Part shown: one piece after another, positions 41,360-54,218 of the stretch | Numbering within the stretch: position 1 is the stretch's first letter | Layout of the letters: every line of letters starts with the position of its first letter | Source: Scenedesmus sp. PABB004 | Taxonomy: Eukaryota | DNA length: 64,000 nucleotides | Assembly (NCBI GenBank): GCA_014905635.1 | Contig: JABVCE010000012.1 | Coordinates: forward strand, 124,001 to 188,000 | Reading direction: 5' to 3' | Program-made: the position numbers and the translations under genes | The notes under the pieces: generated by a model | The model's input: the letters and a program-made list of their open reading frames with translations, nothing else | Databases searched by the model: none | What the model was told of the DNA's origin: nothing

Positions 41360-41795
41360 TCAGAAGTAGTCGCAGAAGAGCAGCCGCTCCCACGCGACGC
41401 CCTTGAACGTGAGTTCCTTGGCCACCGCCGACGCGAGCTCGCCGCCCAGCCCCGCGAGCAGCACCGTCGCGTCGGCCGCGCGCCCGCCGACGACGCTGTC
41501 GAGCCCGTGCTCGTGCAAGAAGAGCCCCTGCTCCAGCAGGCCCGTGATGTCCTCCGCGCTCACCTCGCCGCCGGCGTCGCCGCCGTCCGGCGCGGGCGCG
41601 GGGCCGCCGCCGCCGTTGGCGGGCGACCCGCCGTTTGCGGCGCCCTCGCCCGGCGGCGGCGGCGCGAGCAGCGTCTCGGTGTAGAGGGGATTGAACGTGA
41701 TCTGTGCGCACGCGCACGCACGCAGGCGTCAGCGGCGCGGCGCGGCGCCCGGGCGCGTCGCCGACGGCGGCAGCAGCGGCGGCAGCACGCGCGGC

Positions 41796-41871
<76 letters not shown>

Positions 41872-43738
41872 CGCGCGCACCCCGGCCTCGCGCCACTGGT
41901 CCCACTCGGCCAGGAAGGCGGCGGAGGAGGGGGACTTTGTCACGTAGTAGCACACGACCTGCGGGGCGTGGGCGTCACGTGACGCCGTCAATAACATGGC
42001 AACGCCGTGCTGACGTGGACGCGTGGGCGCGGGCGCGCCGCTGCGCGCGCCCTGCACCTTGTGCGATGTCGCGTGCGCCTGCACGGGCGCCCAGTTGAGC
42101 ACGGCGCGCATCGCGGCGATGCCCCGCACGCCCACCGCGATGGCCAGCAGCGGGCGCTGCTCCTGCGAACCCCGGCCGCGGCGGCGCGGCGCGGCGCGGC
42201 TCGGCGCCGGCTCGCCGGCGGCGGCGCGCAGGCGGCGCGGCGCGCGCGGCACGCTCGCCGCGCACCTCGAGCGAGCTGGGCAGCCCCGAGTAGCTGTTGA
42301 ACAGCGAGGCGAACCCCCGGCCCACCACCTGGCTGACCTGCGCGCGCGGAGGGGGCCGGGTGCACGTGTTTTGCCGCGGCGCGCGGGCGCGGGCCGCCGC
42401 CCGCGCGCGCCGGGCGGGCGGGGACCGCCGCGCGCCGCGCACCTCGACGTTCGCGCCCGGCGCCAGGTCCGCGAGCACCGCCTGGTCGCCGCCGCTGCCG
42501 CGGTCGACCACCACCTGCGGCGGCGGCGGCGGCGCGGCGGCGGCCGCGGGTCGGCGCACTGCGCCGCGGTGCGCCGGCCGCCGCGCCGCGCCCCGCCGCG
42601 CTGCCGCTCTCTGTCCCCGCGCCGCGCCGCCGCCGCGGCCGCCGCCGCGCCTCAATGATGGATCCGCTGATGTACGCGCTGTCGCGGCGCGACTCGTAGG
42701 GCGAGCAGGCGATGGTGTAGAGCCGCTGGTCCTTGGTCAGGCCGTTGGCCTCGCCGCCGCCGCCGCCCGCGGCGGGGACGCGCACGCCCACAAACTGCCC
42801 CGGCACCTGCGGGCGCGGCGCCGCGCGCGGGCGCGGTCGGCGCGGCGCGGCGGCCTCGCCCCGCCGCCGCTGCCGGATGCACAACCTGCTGCTGCTGCCG
42901 CTACTGCATGGTGCCCGCCCACCCCACACACGCCCGCCCGTGGCGCCGCCGCAGCCGCCCACCGTGAACGACTCGATCCAGCGCACGGTGTCGGGCACCG
43001 CCGTGATCTTGCGGCCATACAGCATGTCCACCTGGCGCCCGGGGCAGGGCGGGGCAGGGAGGCGAGGCAGGAGGCGGCGGGGTCGGCGCCCGGGCGCGCA
43101 GCGGCGCCCGTGCCCGCGCCGCATGCATGCGCGCGGCCGCTGCGGGCGGGCCGGGCAGGGCCGAGGCGGGCAGGGCGGGCCCGGGGGCGCACGTCGTCCG
43201 AGACGCTCATGTGCAGCAGGCGGTGCGTGCCGGTGAGGTTGACCGCCCTGCGCGGCGGCGGCGGGCGGTTGCGGCGGCCGCGCGGGGGCGCGGGCGCCGC
43301 CGGTCGCGCCGCGCGCTGCGATCGGCGCCCGGCGCGCGGTGCGGCGCCCGGCGCCGCAGCGTGCGCCCCGGTGCGCCGCCGCCGCGCGGCAGCAGCGGCG
43401 CGGCGGCGGCGGGCTCACTCGTTGCGTATGACCGTCGCGGGCGACCAGGTGAGGTTGGCCTTCACCTCCTTGATGCCCGCCGCCACGTTGGGGCCCAGCT
43501 TGGCCTCGTGCAGCGCGTCCGGGTCCTCCGACGACCGCGCCGCCACGCAGCGCCGGCGCGCCGCCGGCGCGGGCGCGGCGGCCGGCGCGGCGGGCGCCCC
43601 GCGCCGCGCCCGCTGCTGCTGCCGCGCCGCCGCGCCGCCGGCGCCGCTGCCGCCGCGCCGCGGCCTGCTGCTGCCGCCCAGTGCGGACGGGGCCCCCAGG
43701 GCGGGGCCCCGGTCCCGCACCACGCGCTGGTTGAGCAT
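41360..43738 (-). CDS. Plastid FNR-like FAD/NAD(P)-binding oxidoreductase (pKIWI502/At1g15140-like)
   Basis: WSPATVIRNE, FT|VPGQFVGVRV, RLYTIACSP, VSQVVGRGF, LLAIAVGVRGIAAMRAV, VLLAG, GVAWERLLFCDYF*. Confidence 0.75.
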
Positions 43739-44223
43739 GGATCGGTGCGCTGCGGGCCGGGTCGGTGTGATTGCTGTTCGAGGCTGCCGGGCCGGCGAGG
43801 GAGGGCCGCTGCCGCCGCGCTGCGTCGCCGACGTGACGCAAGATCGCCGCGACTGTGACCGGGCGGCGTGGCGTGGGCGGTCGCATGCCAGGGAGGCGGA
43901 GGGGCGCGGGCCTGCTGCCGCGCTGTGCCGCGACGACCGCCTGATACGTCGACAGCGCGCGCGCCCGGGCCAAGCTTCGACATCGTGACCGCCCGCACCA
44001 CCACGCGACCCGCTGCTCGCCCACGCCCTCGCCGCGCGCCGCGCGACAGCTACCGCGCTCGCGGGACGACCCCGCTCGGGCAAAGCGGGCCCCAGCCCTT
44101 TCACGCCGGCGGGCAGGGCGCTCTGGGCGGCATGGCGCGGCGCTGAGGCGGCGGCGCAGCTCGAGGGCAGCCCCAGCGGGCGGGCGGCGCCGCGCGGCGC
44201 GCGGCGCCCGCTGCTGTCGCGCG

Positions 44224-44711
44224 ATGGCCGGCGGCGAGGTGCGGGGGGTGCGGCTCCAGCTCGCTGCTGGTGGCCTGACGCCTCCTGGCAAACGCCGCCG
44301 AGCGCGACGATGCTCAAGGCCGTGCCCGCCCACTGCCGCAGGGCGCGCCGCCGCCGCCGCCGCAGCCGGATGCAGCAGCGGCGGCGCCGTCCCCGCCGCC
44401 GCCGCAGCCGCCGCCGCAGCCGCCGGCGGGCGCCACGGAGCCGGGCTCGCCGGGTGCCGGCCGCGCGCCGCGCGCCAGCGGCGGCAGCCTGGCCTCCAAG
44501 ATCGCCGCGTTTGCGAGCGGCGTCGCGCCGGTGCGGCAGGGCCTGGCCAACGCAGGCGAGGACGCGATGTCGGTTGAGGACGTGCTGCACAAGCTCGAGG
44601 GCGCGGCGCGGGTGCGGCGGCGCGGCGCGGCGGCGGCGCTGCTGCGGGCGGCGCGCGGCGGGCGGGCCAGGCGGCGGCGCGGGGGCCAACCGCCCCAACC
44701 GCCGCGGCGGC

Positions 44712-44744
<33 letters not shown>

Positions 44745-44763
44745 GCGGCCACGGGAGCTGACT

Positions 44764-44797
<34 letters not shown>

Positions 44798-47522
44798 CGT
44801 GGGCGGGCGCAGACGCCGGGCGGCGGGCCCGCGAGCCTGCCGGTGCCGCTCGTGCGCGGCGCGTACGAGGCCCTCGTGGCGGCGCGGGAGGACGCGGGCG
44901 CGCTGTCGCGCGAGCTCGCGGAGCTGCGCAGCAGCCGCGTGCAGCTCATCCCGCCCTCCGCGTGGGTCAAGCGGGAGACAAAGTACAAGATGGACCTCGA
45001 AAAGTACGAGCACACCATCGCCATGCAGGCGCGCCCCAGCGCGGCGCGGCGCGGCGCGGGGAAGCAAGCGAGGCGGGGCGCAGCACGCAGGGCGGCAGCC
45101 GGGCGGCGCAGCGGGCGAGGGGCGGGGGGCGAGGGCGCGCGCGCTGCCCACGTGGCCGCGCCGCCGCCGCCGCCGCAGGCCCAGCGCGTGGAGCGGCTCG
45201 AGCGCGAGCTGCAGGTCCTGCGCGAGGGCAGCAACGTGAAGCCCCTGGAGCAGCGCATCGAGGTGCGGCGCCGCCAACCCCGCTGGGCGGGGTTCAGGGA
45301 GACTGCGCCCTGGCCCCCCCGCCGTGGCCCCGCCCGCGCCGCGCCGCCCCGCGACCGACGCTGCCGACGCCGTGCTGCGTCGCAGGAGCTGGAGCACCAG
45401 CTCTCCGCGGCGGCGGAGGAGAAGACGGCGGTGCAGAGCAAGTACCATGAGCTGTCGATCAAGCACCGCCAGCTCATCGAGACGAGCCCCCAGGTCGCGA
45501 CGATCTGGAACGAGGTGCTCGTGCAGCAGGCCGCGGCGCACGGCGACGCCGCCGCGCTCGCGCGGCTGCAGAACTTCGACCTGCGCCACACGGGCGCGCA
45601 CGGCGGGCTCGGCAACGGCGCGCCCGGCGGCGGCGGCGGCGGCGGCGGCGCGCCGGCGGCCGCGGCCGCGCCGGGCGCGGTCAGCCCGCGCAAGCTTGTG
45701 GGCGTCTCGGCGGCCGCGGCGATCTTCAGCGGGCAGGGCCCGCCGCCAGGTGCGCGGGGCGGGGGCGGCGCGGGAGCGCCGCGCGGAGCCAGGGGCTGCG
45801 GGGATGCCCGCCCTCGCAGCGCGGCTGCCGACCGCCGCCACGCCGCCGCCGCCGCAGTGCCGAGCGCTGCAGCAGCAGCGGCAGCGACCGGCAGCGGCGG
45901 CAGCAGCGGCAGCCCCGCGCCCGGCGGCGGCCCCGGGCCGCCCGGCGGGGGCGGGCCCGCCGCCGCGCCGCCCGGCGCCGGGCGCGGCGCGCCCGCGCCC
46001 GCGCCTGCGGCGCCGGCGAGTGCGGAGGAGCGCGCCGCGGCACTCATGGCGGCGGTCGCGCTGGAGGGGCTGTCGCCCGAGGCGTCCATCGCGGCGCTGC
46101 AGCAGCTCAACTATGACGTCACGATGCAGCTCGGGTGCTACCAGCAGATGGTCGGCCGGCTCAAGGACGCGCTCGAGCAGAGCGACCTCGAAAAGGCGGA
46201 GCTCGAGGCCGACCGCACCGCGCTGCTCGCGCAGCTGACCGCGCACGGCGGCGAGCCGCTGCCCGGCGCGGGCGGCGGCGCGCACGCGGGCGGCGGCGGC
46301 GGCGGCAGCGCGCGCGGCGGCGGGCGCTGGGGCCTGTTCTGGCGGCGCGGCGGCGGCGAGGAGGGCGAGGGCGAGGGTGGCTCGGCCGACATGGCGAGCC
46401 TGGGCAGCAGCCGGCGCAGCAGCGCCGACCTCGACGGCTCGCCGCTGTCCGCCGCGGCGCGCGCCGCGTCGGCGCACGCCGGCGGCGCCGGCGACGAGCA
46501 GCAGCACGACGCGGCGGCGCGCGCGCTGCGGCGCACGAGCAGCACCGGCGGCGGCGCCGGCGGCGGCGGCGCCGACGTGGCGCCCGAGGCGCCGTCGCCG
46601 ACCGCCGCGCGGACGGGCAGCGGCGTCGCGGCGGGGCTCTTCGGCGCGCGGCGCGCGCGCGCCGCCGCGCGCGACGCCAACACGCTCGCGGCGCTGGGCA
46701 AGGAGGTCAAGGAGCTGCGCCGCCAGCTGGCGGGGCTGAGCGACGAGAACCGCTTCCTGGTGCAGAGCCTGGTCGAGATAAAGATGGAGCTCGCCGAGAC
46801 GCAGGGTGCGCGCCGGCCGCAGCGGCGGCGGCGGGGACTGGGCAGCGCACGCACGCCGCGCAGGGCGGGGCTCGTGCCGGGGCTGGGCGCGCTGAGGCTG
46901 CCGCCGCCCACGCCGCCGCCGCCGCCGGCGCGCGGCCGCAGGGAGCCACGACCAGGCGAAGCGCGCGCTGGTGCGGGCGATGGACAAGGAGGAGCTGCTG
47001 GACCTGCGCGTGACAGAGCTCGCCCACATGCTCGACCTTGCCACGCAGCAGCAGGCCGCGAGCGCAAACGCAAAGGCCATCGCCGCCGCGGGCGCCGCGG
47101 TCGCGGGCGCCGCGGCGGCCGCGCTCGAGGGCGGCCGCGCCGCGGCGAGCCGGCTCGGGCGGCGCGCCGGCTCGGGCGGCCGCGGCGGCGGCGCGAGCGA
47201 GGGGCTGAGCGAGGCGCCCGAGGACGGCGGCGGCGCGGGCGAGGCGCCCAACGATGTCGGCGGCGCCGACAGCGGCGGCGACAGCGACGGCGCCGACAGC
47301 GGCAGCGCGGACAGCGGCAGCGACAGCGGCGCCGGCGCGGACGAGGCGCCGGCCCGCGTCGCGACGCACGCTGTGGACGCCGGCAGCAGCAGCGGCGGCG
47401 GCAGCAGCAGCGGCGAGAGCTACGACAGCACGCTGAGCAGCTCGGCCGCCGGCGGCGGCCCTGCCGACGAGGCCCCCGCGCTGCAGGCCGGCGAGGCGGA
47501 GGAGTCGCCGCCGGCCGCGTGA
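44224..47522 (+). CDS. Coiled-coil protein of unknown function, multi-exon
   Basis: Splice-compatible heptad-rich exons (WVKRETKYKMDLEKYE, VERLERELQVLRE, EVKELRRQLAGLSDENRFLVQSLVEIKMELAE). Start MAGGE| is tentative. Confidence 0.7.
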
Positions 47523-47845
47523 GTGAGGTCTGTGCGTTCTGTACACAAACGAATGTGCAACACGGTCGAGGACGGCGTGAGTGAAGAGTTCTGCGCGCGC
47601 CGGCTGTCGCGTTTTTTTTCGGGTCGCGGCGGCTCTGCGCGGCGCGCCGCCGGTGCAAAGGCGGCGCCGAACGCCGGCCTCAGAGACAGGCCGACACGCC
47701 ACGCACAGCCGCGGGGACGCCGATCGGGGCTGCAGTCGCGGCCGCGCAGCAGAGGGGCCGATGCTGCTGCCCGCGCCGCCGGGCGCGGCCTGCTGCCGGG
47801 GCGCCCTGAAAACCGGACCCGGGACGCAGCTCGTGGCACCCCGCC

Positions 47846-49903
47846 ATGCCCTCGCAGCAGCGGGCGCGCAGGCGCGCGTGCCCGGCCTCGGCGGCCCGCG
47901 CAGCAGCCGCTGGAGCCGGCCACGCGGCGCCGGGTGAGCGGCTCTATGCCCCCGACCAACCACCACGCTTCGCGCTCGCCCCACGCGCGCGCGCAGGCGC
48001 ACCCGCGCCCCGGGCGCGCCAGATCGGCGCGCAGCAGCGGCGCGGCGGCCGCCGCGCCCGCGCCGACCGCGCCGCGCCCGCGCCGCCCGCAGCCCGCGCG
48101 CGGCGGCCGCGTCGCCGCCGCCGGAGCGTGACATCGGCGGCTACACGCCCGCGGAGTACATCTCGTGGAGCGACGACCCGACGCGGCAGTGCCATCACGC
48201 CGCCGAGGTGGTCGTCGACGCCCCGATCGGCGCCGCGTTCGCGCTCTGGGCCGACTGGGCGCGCCTGATCGAGTTCATGGACCTCGTCGGCCAGGCGCGG
48301 CGGCGGAGCGAGCGCGGGAGGGCGCGGGGGCGCGGCGCAGCTGCCCTCCGTGCCGTAGTGCTGCCCCGTGAGCGCTGCGTGCGGCCGCCGCTCATGCTGC
48401 GCTCGGCTGCCGCCGCCGCCGCCACTGCCGCCAGATTGGGCTGGACCCCGACACCCCGGACATGGCGCTGTTTCAGTGCTTCTACCGCTGGCGTGAGTGG
48501 CGGCGGCGGGGCGCGGCGGGCCCGCGCGGCGCACGCAGCGGCGCCAGCAAGCACCACCAGCGCAGCCGCCAGCGCGGCCCCCGCGCGCAGCCTTGTTGGG
48601 CCGGCGGGCCCGCCCCGTGCCCGCGCGGCCTGCAGAACGCTGCCAGAGCGCCTGCGCGCAGCAGCCCCTCCCTTCTGGCACAGATGGCGCCGCCACGGCC
48701 ACGTGTGCATTCACAGGAGGGGACAGCGACAGCCGCCGCGTCGCCCCGCCACCGGCCGCCCCGCCGCCGCCCGCCGACCGCCGCTCACCGCCCCTCCTGC
48801 CCCTTCCCCCCTCCTCCGCCCATCTCCCCGCCGCGCCGCCGCCCTGCTGTCGATGCGCTTCGAAATGTGTCACTTTTTGTTTTCAAACTCGTCCTCCCAG
48901 GCAAGCTCCCGATGATGGAGATCATCTTCCTCCTCGAGCGCACGTGCGTCGAGCCGGACGCGCGCATCACGTTCGAGAGCGCCACCGGGATGCCCATCAA
49001 GGGTGCGGCCTCAAGGAGGCGGCGCCGCGCCCGCCGCCCTCGCCGTGCCCGCGCTCGCGCCCGCGTGCCAGGCGGCGCGCACGCCGCCGCGCCGCGCACG
49101 CCCACGCGCCGCGCACGCCCACGCGCCGCGCAGGCGAGGTGCGCCTGCAGGAGCAGGCGGACGGGCGCACGCGCGTGGCGCTCGCGTTCAGCCATCCCGT
49201 GCCCAACCTGCTCGTGCAGCTGCAGGTCGGGCCCTTTGGCCTCGAGACTGACCTCCTGCGCATACTGCGGGAGAACCTGGAGACCTACAGGCGCCTCGCC
49301 GAGGCCGCCGCGCCGCCAGACTGGCCCGCCGCGCGCGCCGCGGCGGCGGCGCGCGGCGCGGCGCGCGAGGCGGCCGAGGCGGCCGAGGCGGCGGCGGCGC
49401 AGCGCGAGCGCCGCGCGGCGCCGGCGGCGGCGCGGCGGCCGGCCGCGCAGCAGCGGCAGCCGCCGCCGCCGCAGCAGCAGCAGCAGCAGCAGGAGCAGGA
49501 GCAGGAGCAGGAGCAGCAGCAGCAGCAGCCCGTGCGGGAGCAGCAGCCGCAGCAGCCGCCTGTGCCCGCGGCGCGCAAGCAGCGCACCAGCCGGCGCACG
49601 GCGGCGGCCGACCTGTTTGCGCCGGAGGAGCCGGCAGCAGCAGCAGGGCGGCCGCGCAGCAGAGGCGCCAGCGGCCGGCGCACCGCCGCTGCGGCGCCGG
49701 GCGCGGAACCGGGCGCCGCGGGGGGCGCCGGTCAGCGCCGCAGCCGCGGCAGCACGGCGGCGCGCAGCGCTGGCGGCGACGGCGGCGACGGCGGCAACGG
49801 CACCAGCAGCGGCGCTGGCGGCAGCGGGGACGCGACGGCGCAGCCGGGGGCTGTGGCGCCGCGCGCGTCTCGGCGCAGCAGCCGGCGCACGGCGCCGCAA
49901 TAG
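47846..49903 (+). CDS. SRPBCC / polyketide cyclase-dehydrase (START-like) domain protein with low-complexity tail
   Basis: HAAEVVVDAPIGAAFALWADWARLIEFMDLV, EPDARITFESATGMPIKG|EVRLQE..GRTRVAL, LRENLETYRRLAE. Confidence 0.78.
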
Positions 49904-50039
49904 GCGGAGGGAGAGGTGGGCGCTCCGATCCGTGCGAGCGGGGGCGGCCGGGCACGCTGGTTTTTGAGGGGGCGGCCAGCGGCGGGGCGGAGCTGCCAGA
50001 CATGACGGGGCGCAGCGGCGGCGCGTGCGACGGCGGCGT

Positions 50040-50722
50040 GCGCTGGCAACCGGCTGACCGCGCGGCACCCTTTCGCGGGCCGTGCGCACCCGATGCAGCC
50101 GCCCTGTGCTGGCAGCGGCACTCTCTGCGCGCCGCGGTGCGCCACGCCCGCCCGGCGGCGGCGGCGCAGGGCCCAGGGCGCAGGCGCCGCCCAGCCGGCT
50201 GCCCGCGCTGGCGCCGAGGAGGGCGCGCCCCGCCCTGCCGCCCACAGCCGCCGCCCTCAGCTTCCTCTGCCACACACGCACAAGCGCCGCCTCAGCGCTC
50301 GCGCACGCGCCGCGCCACTCAGCGTTTGAACTGCGGCGCCCTTCCCCGCCCGCGGCGCGCCCCTGGCCAGGCGGGGCGACGCGCGTCGGGCGCCTGACGG
50401 CCGGGGCGACCCGCCCAGTGCAGCGCCAGGCGAGCCGCGCGCGCTGGCAGGCGGAGAGCAGGCAGCGGCGGGCGGCCCGCGCTGCGCGGCGCCCGCTGCG
50501 GGCGGCGGGGTCTGCGGTGGCGCTCGGGCGGCGGGCACGTGGCGTGGACCGCCGGGCCTGCGCGCCCCGGGCGTCGCTGGCAGGCCGCCGCCGCGCCGCC
50601 GCGCCGGGGGCGGGGGCGGGCGCTACGCGCTGCTGCCGCTGCGCTCACGCCGCCCGCGCGCTCGCCCCCGCTGCCGGCGCCGCCTGCTGCTCCCTGCTGG
50701 CACGCAGGCCCCAGGCGGCGCC
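50040..50722 (+). repeat. Cassette leader, copy 8
   Basis: Starts with GCTGGCAACCGGCTGACCGCGCG at ~50042. Confidence 0.85.
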
Positions 50723-51780
50723 ATGTCTGCTGCGCCGGCGGGCAAGCCGCGCGCCGGGCCGACCACGCGCGCGCGGGCGGCTCCGGCGGCGGCGGCGGGC
50801 GAGGCGCCCGGCGGCAACGAGGCAGCGCCAAGGTGGGCGCGCTGCCGCTGCTGCCCCTTCCCCCTGACTGGTGCTGCTGGCCAGGCGGGCGCTGCGCAGC
50901 GAGCCTCAGCCGGCTGCAGCAGGCGCCGCGCGCCGCCTCACCGATGCCCCTGCGCGCGCGCCTCACCGCCGCCCCGCGCCCGCCCGCCCCGCCCTGCGCC
51001 GCCCGCAGCCCGTGGACAGACCTGCCCGAGCCCCTCGTGCTCCACGTCCTGAGCTTCCTGCCGCCGGCCGTGCAGGCGTGGCGTGCCGAGCTGGTCTGCA
51101 AGGCGGCGCACGAGCGCTTCCGCGGCGCCAGGCGTGTCTCGCTGCGCTGCCCCGAGCTGCCGCTGGCGGCGGTGCAGGAGGCCTGGCGAGCGGTGCAGGG
51201 TGACGGGTGGAAGCAGCAGGATAAGAGGCAGCAGCTGGCCAGCGCGCGCGCGGCGTGCGGCGACGTGGCGGGGCTGGCCTGGCTGCGCGCCGCCGGCTGC
51301 AGCATGGTCAGCATGGTGGGCTCGGCAGCGCGCGCAGGCCAGCTCGCCGTGCTGGAGTGGGCGTGCAGCGAGGGGCTGGACCTGGGGGGCGTGTGCATGG
51401 CAGCAACCGACGGCGGGCAGCTGGCGGTGCTGCGCTGGGCGCGCGCGCAGGCGCCGCCGCTGCCCTGGGGCGACTACGTGTGCACCATCGCTGCGCTGCG
51501 CTGCAACCTGGAGGTGCTGCGCTGGGCGCGTGCCCAGGCCGAGCCCGCGCCCTGGAGCGAGGAGACGTGCGTAGTGGCGGCTGGGCGCGGGCAGCTGGAC
51601 GCGCTGCGCTGGCTGCGCGCCAACGGCTGCCCCTGGCTGCGCGTCGGCTGCGAGCGCGCGGCAGCACGCGAGGGCCACGCGGCCGTGGCCGCGTGGGTCC
51701 GGGCGCAGCCCGCGGCGGCGGACGACGGCGGTGTTGAGGATGATGACTCTGATCAGGAGGAGTATGTGGACTACTACTAG
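50723..51780 (+). CDS. F-box + ankyrin protein, copy 8
   Basis: Exon 1 MSAAPAGKPRAGPTTRAR; intron ~50832-51008; exon 2 ends EDDDSDQEEYVDYY*. Confidence 0.82.
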
Positions 51781-51974
51781 GATTATGTGGGACTAAGAGG
51801 TCCTCCTTTCAGGGGTGACGCCGCGAGACTGCAGCGGCCGGCGGCGTGCTGCGCCAGGCACTGGCCGCGCACGACTGGGCCGCTGGCCGTGCCACGGCGG
51901 CGGGTGAAGGCTCTCGGGCACGTGCGTGCACGCAGCGAGGAGAGTTGGCGGCAGGCGCGAGCGAGCGGCAGCGC

Positions 51975-52638
51975 GTGCTGGCAACCGCCCGACCGCGCGC
52001 TCTCCCGCGCCGCCGGGCGATGACGGCGGCAGCCTCTGCGCCGCGCCGCGCCGCGCCCCGCCTGGCCGAGGGCGGCGGTGCAAGGGCCAGGGCGCAGGCG
52101 CCGCCTGGCCGGCTGCCCGCGCCGCCGCGAAGGAAGGCCCCCCGCGTGCGCCGCCCCGCCGCCCAACACAGCCGCCGCCCTCAGCGTCTCCCTGCCACAC
52201 ACGCACACACACGAGCGCGGCCTACAGCTCCCGCACGCGCCGCTGCAGCCCAGCGCCCGCCCCCGCCCGCGGCGCGCCCCTGGCCAAGCGGGACGACGCG
52301 CGTCGGGCGCCTGACGGCCGGGCTGACCCGCCCAGCGCAGCGCCAGGCGAGCCGGGCGCGCGGGCAGGCGGTGAGCAGGCAGCGGCGGCGGGCCGCGCTG
52401 CGCGGCGCCCGCTGCGGGCGGCGGGGGCTGCGGCGGTGCGCGGCGGGCGGGCTTGTCGCATGGGCGGCCGGGCCTGCGCGCCCCTGGCGCCGCTGGCAGG
52501 CCCGCCGCCACGCCGCTGCGCCGGAGCGGGGGCGGGCGCGCCGCGCTGCTGCTGCTGCTGCGCCCACGCCGCCCGCGCGCCGCCTGCCAACGCTGCCTGC
52601 TGCTCCCTGCTGGCTCGCAGGCCCACACAATCGACGCC
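51975..52638 (+). repeat. Cassette leader, copy 9
   Basis: Starts with degenerate motif GCTGGCAACCGCCCGACCGCGCG. Confidence 0.85.
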
Positions 52639-53631
52639 ATGTCGTCGTCGCCGGCAGAGCTCTCGCTCGCCGGGCTGTCGCTCGGCCCCGCAGCGGCGGC
52701 GCCAGCAGGCGGCGAAGGGCCGAGCGAGGAGGCGGCGAGGTGCGTCTGCTGCTGGCCAGGCGCCTGCTACTTCCCGGGCGGGCCCCTGCGCGTTCTCCGA
52801 CGACAGCAGCGGGCGCCGCGAGAGCCGGTCAGGGCGGCCTGACCTGACCGCCCCGCGCGCCGCCGCCGCTGCCCCTCCCCGCTCCGCAGCGAGGCAGCCC
52901 TGCTGCAGTTGCCCGAGCCGCTCGTGCTCCACGTCCTGAGCCTCTGGCCTCCTTCACTGCAGGCGTGGTGCGCCAGGCTGGTCTGCAAGGCGGCGCGCGA
53001 GCGCTTCCGCAGGGCCATGGTCGTCTCGGCGGCCTGCCCTGAGCTGCCGCTGGCGGCGGTGCAGGAGGCGTGGCGGGCGGTGCGGGGCCACGAGCGGCAG
53101 CAGTGGCGGCTGGCCGAGGCGCGCGCGGCGTGCGGCGACGTGGCGGGCCTGGCCTGGCTGCGCGGCGCCGGCTGCGACACGCGCTACGTGTGCTGGGCAG
53201 CTGCGCGCGCAGGCCAGATCGCGGTGCTGGAGTGGGCGCGCAGAGAGGGCCTGCGCCTGCAGGGCGTGTGCGCAAGAGCGGCCAAGGGCGGGCAGCTGGC
53301 GGCGCTGCGCTGGGCGCGCGCGCAGGTGCCGCCGGCACCCTGGAACAACTGGGTCTGCTACGAAGCTGCGTCGCGTGGCGACCTGGAGATGCTGTGCTGG
53401 GTACGTGGCCAGGCCGCCCCTGCGCCGTGGAACGAAGACACCTGCTGGGCGGCGGCCGCCAACGGGCAGCTTGACGCGCTGCGCTGGCTGCGCGCCAGCG
53501 GCTGCCCGTGGCTGCGCAGCGAGTGCGAGCGCGTGGCGGCCGGGCGCGGCCACGCTGCCGTGGCCGCGTGGATCCAGGAGCAGCCAAGAGGCATTGTCCT
53601 GGCACAGAACTGCCTCGAGACTGAAGAGTGA
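52639..53631 (+). CDS. F-box + ankyrin protein, copy 9 (type-B exon 1)
   Basis: Exon 1 MSSSPAELSLAGLSLGPAAAAPAGGEGPSEEAAR; exon 2 QLPEPLVLHVLSLWPPSLQAWCARLVCK...SGCPW. Confidence 0.8.
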
Positions 53632-53659
53632 CTGAAGCGAGCGGTGTCCCGCCCGGCCG

Positions 53660-54170
53660 CGGCGGCAGGCCAGGGCGGCGGTGCAGGGCCCAGGGCGCAG
53701 GCGCCGCCCGGCCGGCTGCCCGCGCCGCCGCGAAGGAAGGCCCCCGCGCGCGCCGCCCCGCCGCCCACTGCCGCCGCCCTCAGCGCCTCCCTGCCGCACA
53801 CGCACACACACGAGCGCCGGCCGCGGCCCACAGCTCCCGCACGCACGCGCGCCGCCGCCGCCCAGCGCCCGCCCCCGCCCGCGGCGCGCCCCTGGCCAGG
53901 CGGGGCGACGCGCGTCGGGCGCCTGACGGCCGGGCCGACCCGCCCAGCGCAGCGCCAGGCGAGCCGCGCGCGCGGGCAGGCGGGGAGGGGCAGCAGCGGC
54001 GGGCGGGCCGCGCTGCGCGGCGCCCGCTGCGGGCGGCGGGGGCGCCGGCGGTGCGCGGCGGGCGGGCTTGTCGCGTGTGCTGCCGGGCCTGCGCGCCCCG
54101 GGCGCCGCCGGCAGGACCGCCGCCGCGCCAGGGCGGGGGCGGCGCACGCTGCTGCTGCCGCTGCCGTCGT
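53660..54170 (+). repeat. Orphan cassette leader (copy 10) with no F-box/ankyrin gene, directly upstream of the BRE-like gene
   Basis: All main leader blocks present; similarity ends ~50 bp before the ATG at 54219. Confidence 0.85.
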
Positions 54171-54218
54171 CGCCGCTCCACGCCGCGTTCGGCCGCGCGC
54201 CGCCCGCAGAGCACGGCC